IMG/VR virus record: IMGVR_UViG_3300017774_006880
Coordinates: 1 to 34,921 of that record
Direction: 5' to 3' (one strand)
From: a virus
Lineage: Duplodnaviria; Caudoviricetes
Length of the DNA: 34,921 bases
Shown here: in pieces, positions 10,366 through 20,164 of the stretch
Numbering within the stretch: position 1 is the first letter of the stretch
Layout of the letters: each line of letters starts with the position of its first letter
Translations under genes and position numbers: made by a program
The notes under the pieces: generated by a model
Told to the model about the DNA's origin: nothing
What the model saw: only the letters and a program-made list of their open reading frames with translations
The model's database searches: none

Positions 10366-11745
10366 ATGATTAAATTAATTATATTTGACCTAGATGGAGT
10401 TCTAATTGACGCAAGAGAACTTCATTACGAAGCCTTTAATAGAGCTTTATATAGTATAGATCCAAAATTCACAATCAATAAAGAAGAGCATTTGTCTACA
10501 TATGATGGCCTTCCAACTACCAAGAAACTTGAATTATTAACAAAAAATAAAAATCTTCCTAAAGAATCATATAAAAGCATATGGAACGATAAGCAAAAAT
10601 ACACTAAACAAATAATAGATCTTGAATTTACTTTTGACGAATCTCTTAGAGGAGTTTTATTTAAATTAAAACAAGATGGACACAAAATATATGTAGCATC
10701 TAATTCAATTAGAGAAACAGTAAAAATGTCGTTGCTCAGGAAAGGTTTTCTTGAATTTATTGATGGATATTTTTCAAATGAAGATGTCAAAAACCCAAAG
10801 CCAAAAACTGAAATATATTTAAAATGTATGATTGATGCTGGATTCGATCCTAAAGAGTGTTTGATTATAGAAGACTCTTATGTTGGAAGAAAAGCTGCTT
10901 TAGCTTCTGGAGCGTTTTTATGTGGAGTTATGAATACTTCAGATGTTACTTATGAAAAAATAGTAGATTCAATCAATAAAGCAAATAATAATATTATTAA
11001 CACTAAACAAAAATGGCAAGGCGGTAAAATGAAAGTATTAATTCCAATGGCTGGAGCAGGAACTCGTTTTGAGAAAGCTGGGTATACATTCCCTAAACCA
11101 TTAATTGAAGTAAGGGGAAAGCCAATGATTGAAGTAGTAGTTGATTCTTTAAATATAGATGCTGAACATGTCTTTATAGTCCAAAAAGATCACTATGAAA
11201 AATTTTCGTTAAAGGATACCTTAAATCTTATATCACCAAATTGCCATATATCTATTACTAAAGAGCTAACTGAAGGAGCGGCTTGCACAACTTTACTAGC
11301 AAAAGAATTCATTAATAACCAGGACCCACTATTAATAGCTAATTCAGATCAATATCTAGATTGGGATAGTACAGAATTTATGTACTCTATGTTAGCGGAT
11401 AATATAGATGCTGGTATTTTAGTTTTTGAATCTACTCATCCAAAATGGAGCTATGCAAAATTAAATGAAAACGGTTTCGTTTGTGAAGTGGCTGAAAAAA
11501 AACCCATAAGTAATCTTGCAACTGTAGGAGTCTATTTTTGGAGAAAAGGTTCAGACTATGTTAAATATGCCGAACAAATGATTCAAAAAAATATAAGAGT
11601 AAATAATGAGTTCTATGTATGTCCAGTATTTAATGAAGCAATAGAAGATGGCAAAAAAGTAAAAGTATTTAAAATTGAAAATAATAAAATGTGGGGAATT
11701 GGTACTCCAGAAGATTTAAATTATTTCCTAGAAAATCATATATGA
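10366..11745 (+). CDS. HAD phosphatase fused to a nucleotidyltransferase
   Basis: HAD part: IFDLDGVL, ASNS, KP, IIEDS. From 11029 the NTP-transferase part: MKVLIPMAGAGTRF..GY..PKPLI, NSDQ, EKKPIS, NNEFY, GTPEDL. Confidence 0.88.
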   Translation: MIKLIIFDLDGVLIDARELHYEAFNRALYSIDPKFTINKEEHLSTYDGLPTTKKLELLTKNKNLPKESYKSIWNDKQKYTKQIIDLEFTFDESLRGVLFKLKQDGHKIYVASNSIRETVKMSLLRKGFLEFIDGYFSNEDVKNPKPKTEIYLKCMIDAGFDPKECLIIEDSYVGRKAALASGAFLCGVMNTSDVTYEKIVDSINKANNNIINTKQKWQGGKMKVLIPMAGAGTRFEKAGYTFPKPLIEVRGKPMIEVVVDSLNIDAEHVFIVQKDHYEKFSLKDTLNLISPNCHISITKELTEGAACTTLLAKEFINNQDPLLIANSDQYLDWDSTEFMYSMLADNIDAGILVFESTHPKWSYAKLNENGFVCEVAEKKPISNLATVGVYFWRKGSDYVKYAEQMIQKNIRVNNEFYVCPVFNEAIEDGKKVKVFKIENNKMWGIGTPEDLNYFLENHI

Positions 11746-12521
11746 ACTACTATTTTGGCGATGTGGGAACTCAAAATGGAATTGGAGATTTTGTATGTTT
11801 ATTGCCATGCATAGATTATCATACAATAGATTTAAATGCAAATCTATATTTTGATACAGCCGAAAAATTTAAATGCTTACTTCCTAAAAGAGAAAATTTA
11901 ATAATTGCAAAACATAAAAAGCCATACAATATACAGGGTTTACCAAACAATCATGGACATCCAACAGCTGGATGGCTACCAAAAATTGAAAAATTTCAAG
12001 GAAATCATCTTAGAACAGAACCATTTGTTTATCCAGAAATATCTTACGACACTAATATTGAAAAATTTTTATTATCAAAATATCCATTTTTATCAAAAAA
12101 ACCAATAATCACCTACGTTAGAGTCACTGCAGACAAGAATAGAAATTGGGAAAATCATTATTGGGATCGTCTTATAGAAAAACTACATGAAGATTTCTTA
12201 TTTATAGAATTAGGGAGTAAAGTAAATAACAGAAACAGCGAAGCATATTCGATAGATCAGCATTCTATAAGCCTAGGAGATGATCTAAACCTGTATGAAA
12301 TAGCACATCTTATCAAACTAAGCGAATGTTTTATTTCTGGAGATACTGGAATGTTCCATTTAGCAACTGCAATTAAATGTAAAAAAGTTATAGTCTTAAT
12401 TAAAAATAAAGATTATGGATGGGTTTATCCTAATACTATTACTTTTGATATTTCCGATGGAAAAGGGGAAAGCGTAATAGAAGATTTAAGTAATTTTATA
12501 ACTAAAGGGAAAAATATATGA
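11742..12521 (+). CDS. GT9-like glycosyltransferase
   Basis: GIGDFV, RNW...W, LIKLSECFISGDTGMFHLA. ATGA-coupled start at 11742. Confidence 0.75.
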   Translation: MNYYFGDVGTQNGIGDFVCLLPCIDYHTIDLNANLYFDTAEKFKCLLPKRENLIIAKHKKPYNIQGLPNNHGHPTAGWLPKIEKFQGNHLRTEPFVYPEISYDTNIEKFLLSKYPFLSKKPIITYVRVTADKNRNWENHYWDRLIEKLHEDFLFIELGSKVNNRNSEAYSIDQHSISLGDDLNLYEIAHLIKLSECFISGDTGMFHLATAIKCKKVIVLIKNKDYGWVYPNTITFDISDGKGESVIEDLSNFITKGKNI

Positions 12522-13219
12522 TAGATAAAAATAATAAATATACAAAGATGCAATTGAGCCAATATGATTCCGAAGCAGAGACTTGGTCCGAAAGCAACAG
12601 AGATCCAGTAGTAGGAGGATTTGACGCTCATAATGTTTGGGAAGATTACAGTTTACTATTTACCGAGATAGCCAATCCTTCAGAAAAGATAGCTATAGAT
12701 TTTGCGTGTGGACCTGGAAGAAATCTAGTAAAGTATAAAAATTTCTTTAAAAGACTTGACGGAGTAGATATTAGCCCAGTCAATATAGAAAAAGCAAAAT
12801 CCTACACCGCAAACAATGGAATTACAGATATCAATTTATATGCAAACAATGGAGTAGATTTACAATGCATCGATTCCAATGTCTATGATGTTGTTATGAG
12901 CACTATAGCTTTGCAGCATATCTGTGTTTATGATATTAGAAAGTCTTACTTTAAAGAGTTTCATAGGATATTAAAAAATGATGGAATTTTTACAGCCCAA
13001 ATGGGGTATGGTAATAGAACTCATAATGCCGTAGATTATTATGATAATTTTTATAATGCACTTGGAACGAATAGCGCAAGTGATACTAGAGTGACCTCTC
13101 CAGAGCAATTAGAAAAAGACTTGATGGAAATTGGGTTTAAAAATTTTAAATATACAATTGGAAAAACTGGACCTGGAGATAGTCATCCAAATTGGATATA
13201 TTTCAATGCCCAAAAGTAA
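12518..13219 (+). CDS. Class I SAM-dependent methyltransferase
   Basis: IDFACGPGRN, GVDIS, YDVVMSTIALQHI, EFHRILKNDG. Confidence 0.88.
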   Translation: MIDKNNKYTKMQLSQYDSEAETWSESNRDPVVGGFDAHNVWEDYSLLFTEIANPSEKIAIDFACGPGRNLVKYKNFFKRLDGVDISPVNIEKAKSYTANNGITDINLYANNGVDLQCIDSNVYDVVMSTIALQHICVYDIRKSYFKEFHRILKNDGIFTAQMGYGNRTHNAVDYYDNFYNALGTNSASDTRVTSPEQLEKDLMEIGFKNFKYTIGKTGPGDSHPNWIYFNAQK

Positions 13220-13227
13220 ACCTGCCA

Positions 13228-13920
13228 ATGAAAGTAGCCGTTTGTTTTTCTGGACATTTTAGGAATTTTAATAATCTCTTAAATAATTTTAAAGATAAAA
13301 TCCTCTCTTTAAAAGACCGGCATCAGATCGATCTTTTTTTTAGCATATGGGATACCTATGAACCGCAATATTCATGGAGTAATCAAAATGAAACCGTATC
13401 AAATTTAATCAATATCGAAGATCTTTCTAGACTTAATCCAATAAAAATTGAAGTAGAAAATTTTAATGAAATTAAAGAACAATTCTTATTAAAAAATTTC
13501 ACAACTTTAAATAATTCTGATGGCAGAATAATGAAAGATGGTATTCTGCACTCGACCCCAATGTTTTATAAGATATATAAAGTCAATGAACTCAAAAAAA
13601 ACTACGAAAGAATAAATAATTTTAAATACGATATAGTAATTCGCTATAGATCAAACTTATTAATAAATGGAAATATAGACTTAAATATAAATAAAAATAC
13701 CTTGCACAATAAACGTGAAAACGATTCGAATTTAGACGACATATTTGCATATGCAGGGTCAGAAGTAATGGATAAATATAGTGAGTTATATTTAAATTTG
13801 TCTTTGATATTAAATAAATATAGAAGATTTGGTCCAGAAGAGATATTATATGATTGGGTAATTAATGAAAATAAAGTACCAAGAAAAGATACTTCATTCA
13901 CTATAGATATTATTAGATAA
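13228..13920 (+). CDS. Putative glycosyl/phospho-transferase of the 'AxCxSGxxR ... YDxVxRxRxD' type
   Basis: MKVAVCFSGHFR, SIWD, MFYKI, YDIVIRYRSN, DIFAYA, PE. Confidence 0.6.
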   Translation: MKVAVCFSGHFRNFNNLLNNFKDKILSLKDRHQIDLFFSIWDTYEPQYSWSNQNETVSNLINIEDLSRLNPIKIEVENFNEIKEQFLLKNFTTLNNSDGRIMKDGILHSTPMFYKIYKVNELKKNYERINNFKYDIVIRYRSNLLINGNIDLNINKNTLHNKRENDSNLDDIFAYAGSEVMDKYSELYLNLSLILNKYRRFGPEEILYDWVINENKVPRKDTSFTIDIIR

Positions 13921-13921
13921 T

Positions 13922-14644
13922 ATGAAAGTCGCACTTTGCTTATCTGGACAGCCAAGAATGTTTAAGACTTCTTATGCGAGTTTAAAAACGCATATTTTAG
14001 ATAATTACAATTGCGATATATTTATTGATACTTGGAAATTTAAAAATACAGATGAGAATTTTTATTTATCTCATAGATATAAAGACGAAGGCTCGCTAGA
14101 AGAACTATATGATACATATCAACCAAGAGTATTAAATGTAGAAAAATTTGATGAAATATTTGAATCCAAATGTTTAGATTTTGAAAGCAGGGTAGCATCA
14201 AGACAAGGAGCAAAAGAAGACAATTATCTAAGAAGATATTATTCAATGTTATATAAGATATACAATTGTAATAAAATTAAAAATGAATACGAAAAAAAAA
14301 TGAATATTCATTATGATATTGTTGTTAGATCTAGGCTAGATGTCCTATATACTCAAAAAATAGAATTTAATAAAGATATAAATTTGACAGCAGATAGGCA
14401 AGGTAGCGGAAGAGACGGGTGTGCGGGAGATATTCTCGCCTATGGAGTGAAAGATACTATGGATATTTATTGTGATTTATTTAATCAAATATATCATTAT
14501 TTTAGCAACGGTGTGTTCATAAATACTGAAATAGTTTTACCTCATCATTTAGATCAAACAATTAAATCTTACTCTGTCCTCAATAATAAGATATTGATAA
14601 CAAGACCTTCGGAAGATTGGCAACAAAAATATCGTCCGAAATAG
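13922..14644 (+). CDS. Second, tandem member of the same putative transferase family
   Basis: MKVALCLSGQPR, DTW, MLYKI, YDIVVRSRLD, DILAYG, TE. Confidence 0.6.
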   Translation: MKVALCLSGQPRMFKTSYASLKTHILDNYNCDIFIDTWKFKNTDENFYLSHRYKDEGSLEELYDTYQPRVLNVEKFDEIFESKCLDFESRVASRQGAKEDNYLRRYYSMLYKIYNCNKIKNEYEKKMNIHYDIVVRSRLDVLYTQKIEFNKDINLTADRQGSGRDGCAGDILAYGVKDTMDIYCDLFNQIYHYFSNGVFINTEIVLPHHLDQTIKSYSVLNNKILITRPSEDWQQKYRPK

Positions 14645-14654
14645 TATAATTGTT

Positions 14655-14683
14655 TAGATTTAATTAAAATATCATCATAAGAT
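14655..14683 (+). promoter_or_regulatory. Sigma70-like promoter, probably leaderless
   Basis: TAGATT(14655-60)-17 nt-TAAGAT(14678-83)-6 nt-ATG(14690). Confidence 0.5.
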
Positions 14684-14689
14684 GAATAT

Positions 14690-15382
14690 ATGTATAAACA
14701 TGAGGTTCAAAATTTTCTTGATACGATTAAAACCTTTGTTGATCTAAGTAATATAAATACTATTTTAGATCTTGGTTCTAGAGATGCAGATCATGCTATA
14801 AGTTTTAGTGAATTTTTTCCTAATGCAAAAATTTATACATTTGAATGCAACCCATATTGTATAGATTTATGTGAAAAAAGATTAGCAGAAGCTCAAAATA
14901 ATAATATTAAATTAGTTAAAAAAGCAGTTTTTAACGAAGAAAAAATCTTAGATTTTTATCCAGTAGATATGTTTAATAGTCCAAGTAAGAATCATGGGTC
15001 TTCTTCATTATTTAAAATTAATCCAGAATATTTATCATATGAATCGATTTTACAACAAGAAAATCCTATTCAAGTCGAATCTATAAGGTTAGATAGTTAT
15101 TTAAAATCTGAAAATGTTAGCAAAGTTGATTTGGTCTGGGCCGATTTACAGGGTGCAGAATTTTTTGCACTACAAGGTCTTGGAGATTATTTGAAAGATG
15201 TTTTGGCTATTCAAGTAGAAGCCGAGTGGAAACCACAGTATTTAGACCAACCATTGGCAAATGAAGTTATTGAATATTTAGAAAATAATAATTTTAAATT
15301 TATTAAACATAATGGAATATCTAATGGGGGATGGTTTTCAGAAATTATAATGTACAATAAATTATTTTTAAAGTCTAAATAA
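14690..15382 (+). CDS. FkbM family methyltransferase
   Basis: LDLGSRD, YTFECNP, GSSSL, RLD, DLVWADLQGAE, IQVE. Confidence 0.88.
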   Translation: MYKHEVQNFLDTIKTFVDLSNINTILDLGSRDADHAISFSEFFPNAKIYTFECNPYCIDLCEKRLAEAQNNNIKLVKKAVFNEEKILDFYPVDMFNSPSKNHGSSSLFKINPEYLSYESILQQENPIQVESIRLDSYLKSENVSKVDLVWADLQGAEFFALQGLGDYLKDVLAIQVEAEWKPQYLDQPLANEVIEYLENNNFKFIKHNGISNGGWFSEIIMYNKLFLKSK

Positions 15383-15386
15383 ATTA

Positions 15387-15415
15387 TTGACTTTTTTTAA
15401 AAAATACTATACTAT
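15387..15415 (+). promoter_or_regulatory. Sigma70-like promoter, probably leaderless
   Basis: TTGACT(15387-92)-17 nt-TACTAT(15410-15)-7 nt-ATG(15423). Confidence 0.65.
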
Positions 15416-15422
15416 TAGTCTA

Positions 15423-16691
15423 ATGAATATCAAACATAGGCAAAGCTGCCGAATTTGTGGGAACACGAATCTTAAAGAAATCATTGATTTAGGATTTCAA
15501 AATTTACAAGGATCCTTTGTAAAGGAGGGGAAGGGCCAAACATCTTATCGTAAGATACCTAATAAAATTGTAAGATGTGATGTTTCTAAAAATGAAAATG
15601 CTTGTGGACTAGTTCAAACATTGAATACAATTCCACCCAAGATCATGTATTCAAACTATTGGTATGAATCAAATATCAGTAAAACTATGCGAGACCATCT
15701 AAAATCTATAGTTGATAAAGCTCTAGAATTTATACCATCCCCTAAAAGGGTTTTGGATATAGCCATGAATGATGGCACGCTACTTTTAAATTATAATCAA
15801 AATATAGAATTATATGGAGTTGATCCATCGGATATTACAAAAAATGTAAAAGAAAAATATCCTCATATCAAAATTTATAATGATCTTTTTCCATGTCAAG
15901 AGATGCAGAAAGATAATCTTAATGGTACATTTGATATTGTTACATCTATTGCTTGTTTTTACGACCTCGATAGTCCTTTAGATTTTTGCGTTAATATTAA
16001 TAAGCTATTGTCTAATGATGGCGTGTGGATTTTTGAAATGGCTTATCTAGTAGACATCATTGATAATCTTTGTTATGATACTTTTTGCAGTGAACATTTG
16101 GAACATTACCATTTAGCTCCAGTAGAGCATCTTTTAGAGCAAGCTGGAATGAGATTGGTTTACGCAGAAACTAACGATATCAATGGTGGAAGCGTCTGTT
16201 GTTATGCTGTGAAAAATAATAATTTTAAATACGACAACGAGCAAAGATCGTCGGCCTTAATGAATTTAAGATTTAAAGAGTTTGATATGGCCTTGGATGA
16301 TGATAAAGTTTATGAAGATTTTAAGAATAGAATCGTTGCTCAAAAATATGAGCTTGTTAAATTCGTTAATGAAGAGATCGTAAAAAATAAAAAGACACTT
16401 CACCTATATGGAGCATCAACTAAAGTCAATACTTTATTAGGTTACTGTTTTGGCGACGATATAACTAAATATATAAAATATGCTGCAGAAAGAAGTCCAG
16501 AAAAATATGGAGCAGAGACCTTAAGTGGAATTAAAATTATTTCAGAAGAAGAAAGCAGAAGTATGAAGCCAGATTACTATCTAGTGGGCCCTTGGCATTT
16601 TAAGAAAGAAATTGTGGAAAGAGAAAAAGACACAATTAATAGTGGCATAAAATTTATATTTCCATTACCAAAATTTGAAGTTGTTGGATAA
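15423..16691 (+). CDS. Second NDP-sugar C-methyltransferase
   Basis: CRICG, YWYES, LDIAMNDGTLL, YDTFCSEH, NGGS, YGASTKVNTLL, AERSPEKYG, PDYYLVGPWHFK, FIFPLP. The TTG at 15387 is better read as the -35 box than as a start. Confidence 0.88.
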   Translation: MNIKHRQSCRICGNTNLKEIIDLGFQNLQGSFVKEGKGQTSYRKIPNKIVRCDVSKNENACGLVQTLNTIPPKIMYSNYWYESNISKTMRDHLKSIVDKALEFIPSPKRVLDIAMNDGTLLLNYNQNIELYGVDPSDITKNVKEKYPHIKIYNDLFPCQEMQKDNLNGTFDIVTSIACFYDLDSPLDFCVNINKLLSNDGVWIFEMAYLVDIIDNLCYDTFCSEHLEHYHLAPVEHLLEQAGMRLVYAETNDINGGSVCCYAVKNNNFKYDNEQRSSALMNLRFKEFDMALDDDKVYEDFKNRIVAQKYELVKFVNEEIVKNKKTLHLYGASTKVNTLLGYCFGDDITKYIKYAAERSPEKYGAETLSGIKIISEEESRSMKPDYYLVGPWHFKKEIVEREKDTINSGIKFIFPLPKFEVVG

Positions 16692-16696
16692 CTAAA

Positions 16697-17680
16697 ATGA
16701 AAATAGCTTATATTGATTTAAATTATCCAGATCATTTTGAAGATTATACTTATTTTCCTAAAAGCTATGGCGGAGGTAGAATAGTAGCTGGACCAATGAT
16801 GGAGAAATTGGATGACTTTTATGTATACTCTGACGAAAGAAGTTTTAAGAATTTAAAAGACAATAAGAAATCTCAAGCCAAAGTTCTAGATTGGCCGAAG
16901 AGAGAAGCTCTAAGAAATGGTGCTTGTGTAAAATCTATTATTCCAGAAGCAGACGATTACGACCTTTTCTTTTCTCATACCACTAATATAAATTTAAATT
17001 TAACTAATTGTAGAAGCAAAAAATATGGAGTTTGGACTATAGGATGGAGAGAAACAATTCATCAAGATATTGGGCATGTTATCTGTTTTAGTCAAAAATT
17101 TCAAGAACCTATTTTTTTAGGAAATCCTAATATATATCATGCCGTTATTGGTCCTAAAATAGAACCATTTCAAGAACATCAAAAAGAAGATATGATATTT
17201 CAATGTACTAGACATTGTGATACATTCCAATCTATACAAGTAGCTCAACTTGCTTTAAAATATAATATCAAAACTGTTTTTGCTGGACCAATTTCAGATA
17301 ACTACCCCTTAATGAATTTTATTGATAATAAAACAACATTTTATTTAGGTTGTATAAGTCAAGAAGATAAAATTAAATATAATAAAATTGCAAAATTTCA
17401 TACACAATTTCAAACTTATCCAACTTGCGCAACTTTGAGTGCAAAAGAATCGTTATCATACGGAACGCCAATTATGGCAACAAATATTGGGGAATGGTCA
17501 AATTTTATTATTAATGGTTTAAATGGTTTTATCATTAATAATGAAGAAGATTTTATTAATGCGTGGAATTTTCGTGATCAAATTAAACAAGTTAATTGTT
17601 ATAATAATGTTATAAGATTTTCGGAAGATCAGATGATTAAAGATTTTTACGCTGTTTTTAAACAGATTATAGAATTATGA
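16697..17680 (+). CDS. GT4-like (GT-B) glycosyltransferase
   Basis: YGGG, FAGP, YLG, ESLSYGTPIMATNIG, NGFI. Confidence 0.75.
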   Translation: MKIAYIDLNYPDHFEDYTYFPKSYGGGRIVAGPMMEKLDDFYVYSDERSFKNLKDNKKSQAKVLDWPKREALRNGACVKSIIPEADDYDLFFSHTTNINLNLTNCRSKKYGVWTIGWRETIHQDIGHVICFSQKFQEPIFLGNPNIYHAVIGPKIEPFQEHQKEDMIFQCTRHCDTFQSIQVAQLALKYNIKTVFAGPISDNYPLMNFIDNKTTFYLGCISQEDKIKYNKIAKFHTQFQTYPTCATLSAKESLSYGTPIMATNIGEWSNFIINGLNGFIINNEEDFINAWNFRDQIKQVNCYNNVIRFSEDQMIKDFYAVFKQIIEL

Positions 17681-18693
17681 CAAAATTTAAAGTAGTTTCA
17701 GATCCAAATGCGAATAGTTTCGGATCAACGCAAATTATTATTGATGCAATCAATGGGGCAGCGAAAAAAATAGATGTTTATTCAGATAATGATAAGTTAG
17801 TAGTATATGATTGTTTAGGACAATCACATGGCTATAATCCAGACGCTTTTTGGGTTGCTTATGAGCTACCATTTCCTAGATTTATTATGGAAAGTTGCTA
17901 TCCCAAAACAATTTTAGGATTATCAAAAGATAATGCTTTATTTGCGGCATATGGTGGTTATCCAATAGATAAAATTAATTATGTCACTCTTGGGGTCGAT
18001 AGAAAAAATTGGCCATTTATAGAAAATAAAAAATATTTAAAAGATAAATTTGTTTTTACATGCATGTGTGAAAGTAATACTAGGAGTGGTTTTGATATCT
18101 TGGTTCCAGCTTTTTGTGAAGAATTTCAAAATGAAAAAGGAATAATTTTGTATATTAAAGACAGATCGGCAACAGATACATTTAAAACTTGGGTAAAAGA
18201 GTTATCTATTAAATATAATGTAGAAATTATTCACGATGATAGGCATTTGGAAAATTGGGAAGATCAAGTTAAAATTTTTGAATCATCAGATGTAGCAATT
18301 AATATTAATAGGTCTCATACATTTGGAATGGTGAATTTACAAGGAATGTCATGTGGTATACCAACCTTGTGTCAAAGATACAGCGGATTTACAGATTATA
18401 CTAGCGATATATCTAATGTTAGTTTAAAATTTGACGTGGTAGAGTTAAACCAATTAAAAATTAATGAATTAATTTCTATTGGAATGAAAAATCATTTATT
18501 TCCAATTGACCAAACAAATTATCCTAATAAAGTATTTTGGTCAGAAGTAGATAAAAAAGATTTAAAATTAAAGATGAGGCATATTTTAAATGATAAAACT
18601 TTAAGAAGTCACCTTAAAATAATGTCAAATTTAGTTTCTTCTTGGTTTACATGGGAAAGATCTGCTGTTAATATGAGCTATGTATTAACATGA
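17677..18693 (+). CDS. GT4-like glycosyltransferase
   Basis: LGVD, RSGFDIL, SHTFGMVNLQGMSCGIP, FTWERSA. Confidence 0.78.
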   Translation: MTKFKVVSDPNANSFGSTQIIIDAINGAAKKIDVYSDNDKLVVYDCLGQSHGYNPDAFWVAYELPFPRFIMESCYPKTILGLSKDNALFAAYGGYPIDKINYVTLGVDRKNWPFIENKKYLKDKFVFTCMCESNTRSGFDILVPAFCEEFQNEKGIILYIKDRSATDTFKTWVKELSIKYNVEIIHDDRHLENWEDQVKIFESSDVAININRSHTFGMVNLQGMSCGIPTLCQRYSGFTDYTSDISNVSLKFDVVELNQLKINELISIGMKNHLFPIDQTNYPNKVFWSEVDKKDLKLKMRHILNDKTLRSHLKIMSNLVSSWFTWERSAVNMSYVLT

Positions 18694-19118
18694 AAATTAT
18701 ATCACACAGGGGTAATTTAAATGGCCCTAATAATTTTTATGAGAATACTTTTGAATCAATCCAAAAAGTTTTAAATTATAATTTTGATGTCGAAATTGAT
18801 GTTTGGTATTTGAATAAAAAATGGTTTTTAGGACACGACGAACCTTTAGAACAAATTGATATTTCTTTTCTAGAAAATAATAAACTATGGTGCCATGCAA
18901 AAAATTTAAATGCGTTAAATTTAATGTTAGAAAATAAAAAAATACACTGTTTTTGGCACCAAACAGACGACTTTACTATTACATCAAAACGGTTTATATG
19001 GACCTATCCTCAAAAAGATACTTGTAAAAATTCTATTATTGTATTACAAAATAAAAATGATAAAATACCTAGTAAATGTTTTGGGATTTGTACCGACTAT
19101 CCATTATTATATATATGA
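18690..19118 (+). CDS. Minimal GDPD/PLC-like phosphodiesterase-fold protein
   Basis: ISHRGN, EN, DVEIDVW, LGHD, WCHAKN, GICTD. Confidence 0.7.
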   Translation: MKIISHRGNLNGPNNFYENTFESIQKVLNYNFDVEIDVWYLNKKWFLGHDEPLEQIDISFLENNKLWCHAKNLNALNLMLENKKIHCFWHQTDDFTITSKRFIWTYPQKDTCKNSIIVLQNKNDKIPSKCFGICTDYPLLYI

Positions 19119-20155
19119 TTCATTTAATAGATCCAGATCCTAGACAATTTTCTGATACAGAAAATTATCAATTTAATCATGGAAGTTTATCGTCTGTTAT
19201 CATTAATCTAAATAAAGAATTAGAAAAACTTGGTCTTTACTCAACGCCAGATGAGGCAGAATGGGTGGGAATTTGCGATGGGCTCAATTCTGGTTTTAAA
19301 TATAAAAATAAAAAAAATTTTTTGATAACCTGTTGGGAAACCGCTAACACCATTCCAAATTATGTTTTATATTCCGCACAACAATCAAATCAAAAATTAA
19401 TTGGAATGAGTAATCAAATAAAAAATCTTTGGGAAAAATATGGATTTAATTGTGATCTTATGTATTTAGGGGTCGATACAGATTTTTGGAAACCATCTAT
19501 AGAAAAAAATAAAGATGTATTTACTTTTATTTGCCCATTTTCAATTTTTAGTCGTAGCGGTATAGATTTAACTATAGAAGCTTTTTATTTAGCTTTTGCT
19601 AATAACAAAGATGTAGTTTTAAGACTAAAAGATGTAGAAGCAAGTTCAATTTATATTGATAAAATTAATAATTATAAAAAATTAGGGGCGAACATAGAGC
19701 ATATTTCAAAAAGAGTATCAATGCAATGGCTAAGAGATTTTTATTCTTCTGCCCATGTTTGTTTGAGCTTGCAAAGATCTGCAAGTTTTGGATTAATCCT
19801 TACAGAAACAATGGCCTGTAATACTTTAAATATTACAGGAAATATACCCCCTTCAAATGAAATTATAAATAAAGATATTGGCATTTTAGTAGATTCAAAT
19901 GGTTTAATTTCTATTCCAAAAAGTAAAAACTATTTTGTTAATGAATGGGGCTTTATTAATACTTATGGAGATTTAGAATGTCCAGAGGAGCCTTATTTTT
20001 ATAATTTTTCTGTTGAAGAATATGCTCAAAAAATGTTAGATGCTTATAATAATTGGAATAATAAATACTCCAAATTAAACTATAGAAATTATGTAAAGGA
20101 TAATTTTACATGGGAAAAATCGGCAAAAAAACTTGTGAAGATTCTTCTAAATTAA
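19115..20155 (+). CDS. GT4-like glycosyltransferase
   Basis: WET, LGVD, RSGIDL, SASFGLILTETMAC, FTWEKSA. Shares motifs with the gene at 17677. Start is ATG 19115. Confidence 0.78.
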   Translation: MIHLIDPDPRQFSDTENYQFNHGSLSSVIINLNKELEKLGLYSTPDEAEWVGICDGLNSGFKYKNKKNFLITCWETANTIPNYVLYSAQQSNQKLIGMSNQIKNLWEKYGFNCDLMYLGVDTDFWKPSIEKNKDVFTFICPFSIFSRSGIDLTIEAFYLAFANNKDVVLRLKDVEASSIYIDKINNYKKLGANIEHISKRVSMQWLRDFYSSAHVCLSLQRSASFGLILTETMACNTLNITGNIPPSNEIINKDIGILVDSNGLISIPKSKNYFVNEWGFINTYGDLECPEEPYFYNFSVEEYAQKMLDAYNNWNNKYSKLNYRNYVKDNFTWEKSAKKLVKILLN

Positions 20156-20164
20156 TTTTTAAAA

